Origin: Thermoleophilaceae bacterium
Lineage (GTDB): Bacteria; Actinomycetota; Thermoleophilia; Solirubrobacterales; JACPNS01
NCBI GenBank assembly: GCA_016462645.1
Contig: JAEMSX010000007.1
Coordinates: 19,350-83,349, forward strand
Direction: 5' to 3'
Length of the DNA stretch: 64,000 bases
Part shown: piece by piece, positions 63,318-64,000 of the stretch
Layout of the letters: the number at the start of each line of letters is the position of its first letter
Position numbering within the stretch: the first letter of the stretch is position 1
The notes under the pieces: model-generated
The model's database searches: none
Seen by the model: only the letters and a program-made list of their open reading frames with translations
Told to the model about the DNA's origin: nothing
Translations under genes and position numbers: made by a program

Positions 63318-64000
63318 CGCCAGCAGAACGCCGCGCGCCCAGACGGACGCGACGTAGTCGTCGTCCCAGGCGAGCCAGGAGATCAGCATGTCGATGATCG
63401 ACGCCGCCGCCACGAGGTTGATGAAGCCCGGGAAGACGATCAGCTGACCGAAGTTCGTGTACCTGCTCCAGAGCCAGCCGCGTCCGCTGCCGCCGGCCAT
63501 CGCCTCGGCGCCGGAAGCCTCAAGGTTCAATGCCTCGGGGTCGCCGCCCATCCGCGCCATCGCCGCGCGCACCATCGGCTCGGAGTCGCGCAGCTCGGGC
63601 TTGTCGCGGTAGACGCCCCACATGATGTGGTCGCGCGCGCTGTAGGGCACGCGCACCAACGAAAGGATCACAATCAGCGCTGCCGCGAGCCACCACCAGT
63701 CGCCGGTCTCGTGGAAGACCGCCCAGCCGAGGCCGGCGGCCATCGCCGCGGGCATGTAGTAGTGGCCGACCCAGTCGAGATACGCGCCGCCGGCTCCGGA
63801 GCTCCTGCCCTCAATGGTGCGCTCAAAGCGCGCGATCTCGCCGTCACAGAAGTCCAGCACGAAGGCCAGCTCAAGCAGCACGATCGCGAGGATCTGCGCC
63901 CAGAACTCGTTGACACCCAGCAGCAGGCCGCCGGCGATCCCGATCAGGATCCCGAATACGGTCGTCTGGTTGGCGGTGATGCCGGTCGGCAGCAACACGC
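63240..64000 (-). CDS. CDP-alcohol phosphotransferase family protein (5' end outside window)
   Basis: ITANQTT, LDFCDGEIAR...GAYLD signature. Confidence 0.88.
   Translation of the reverse strand, partial: VLLPTGITANQTTVFGILIGIAGGLLLGVNEFWAQILAIVLLELAFVLDFCDGEIARFERTIEGRSSGAGGAYLDWVGHYYMPAAMAAGLGWAVFHETGDWWWLAAALIVILSLVRVPYSARDHIMWGVYRDKPELRDSEPMVRAAMARMGGDPEALNLEASGAEAMAGGSGRGWLWSRYTNFGQLIVFPGFINLVAAASIIDMLISWLAWDDDYVASVWARGVLLALLGAVHLLHQIRAIAQGFRVTRALE

Overview
High-GC (roughly two-thirds G+C) chromosomal window spanning the replication origin of what looks like a deep-branching actinobacterium. Thermoleophilia/Solirubrobacterales is an inference from gene content and protein styles, not a database result. 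The core origin block is parB-parA-rsmG-jag-yidC-yidD-rnpA-rpmH <- -> dnaA-(oriC)-dnaN-recF-dciA-gyrB-gyrA, with tRNA-Ile(GAU) after parB. The left flank has an ABC exporter, YmdB, a DUF4126/phosphatase/methyltransferase/GtrA run, an aminotransferase coupled to an atypical Ddl-like ligase, PPK2 and two secreted RTX-repeat paralogues. The right flank has a PAS-kinase/HD-GYP/LuxR module, an AlkZ-like glycosylase, sodA, HNH, pheA, a three-kinase version of the fhaA-fhaB-pstP-rodA-pbpA-pknB cluster with ddl and dsbA/vkor, purM, uppP/dedA and a surface-glycan cluster. No transposase, integrase, CRISPR or rRNA was seen. The best leads are: (1) an apparently active kinase carrying an MviN-type extracellular domain; (2) the aminotransferase plus non-canonical ATP-grasp pair; (3) the DUF354/O-antigen-ligase glycosylation system; (4) a very compact oriC overlapping dnaA; (5) a structured intergenic element after gyrA; (6) pervasive leaderless promoters. 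All family calls are from motif recognition by eye, and several start codons were re-picked from the ORF track.
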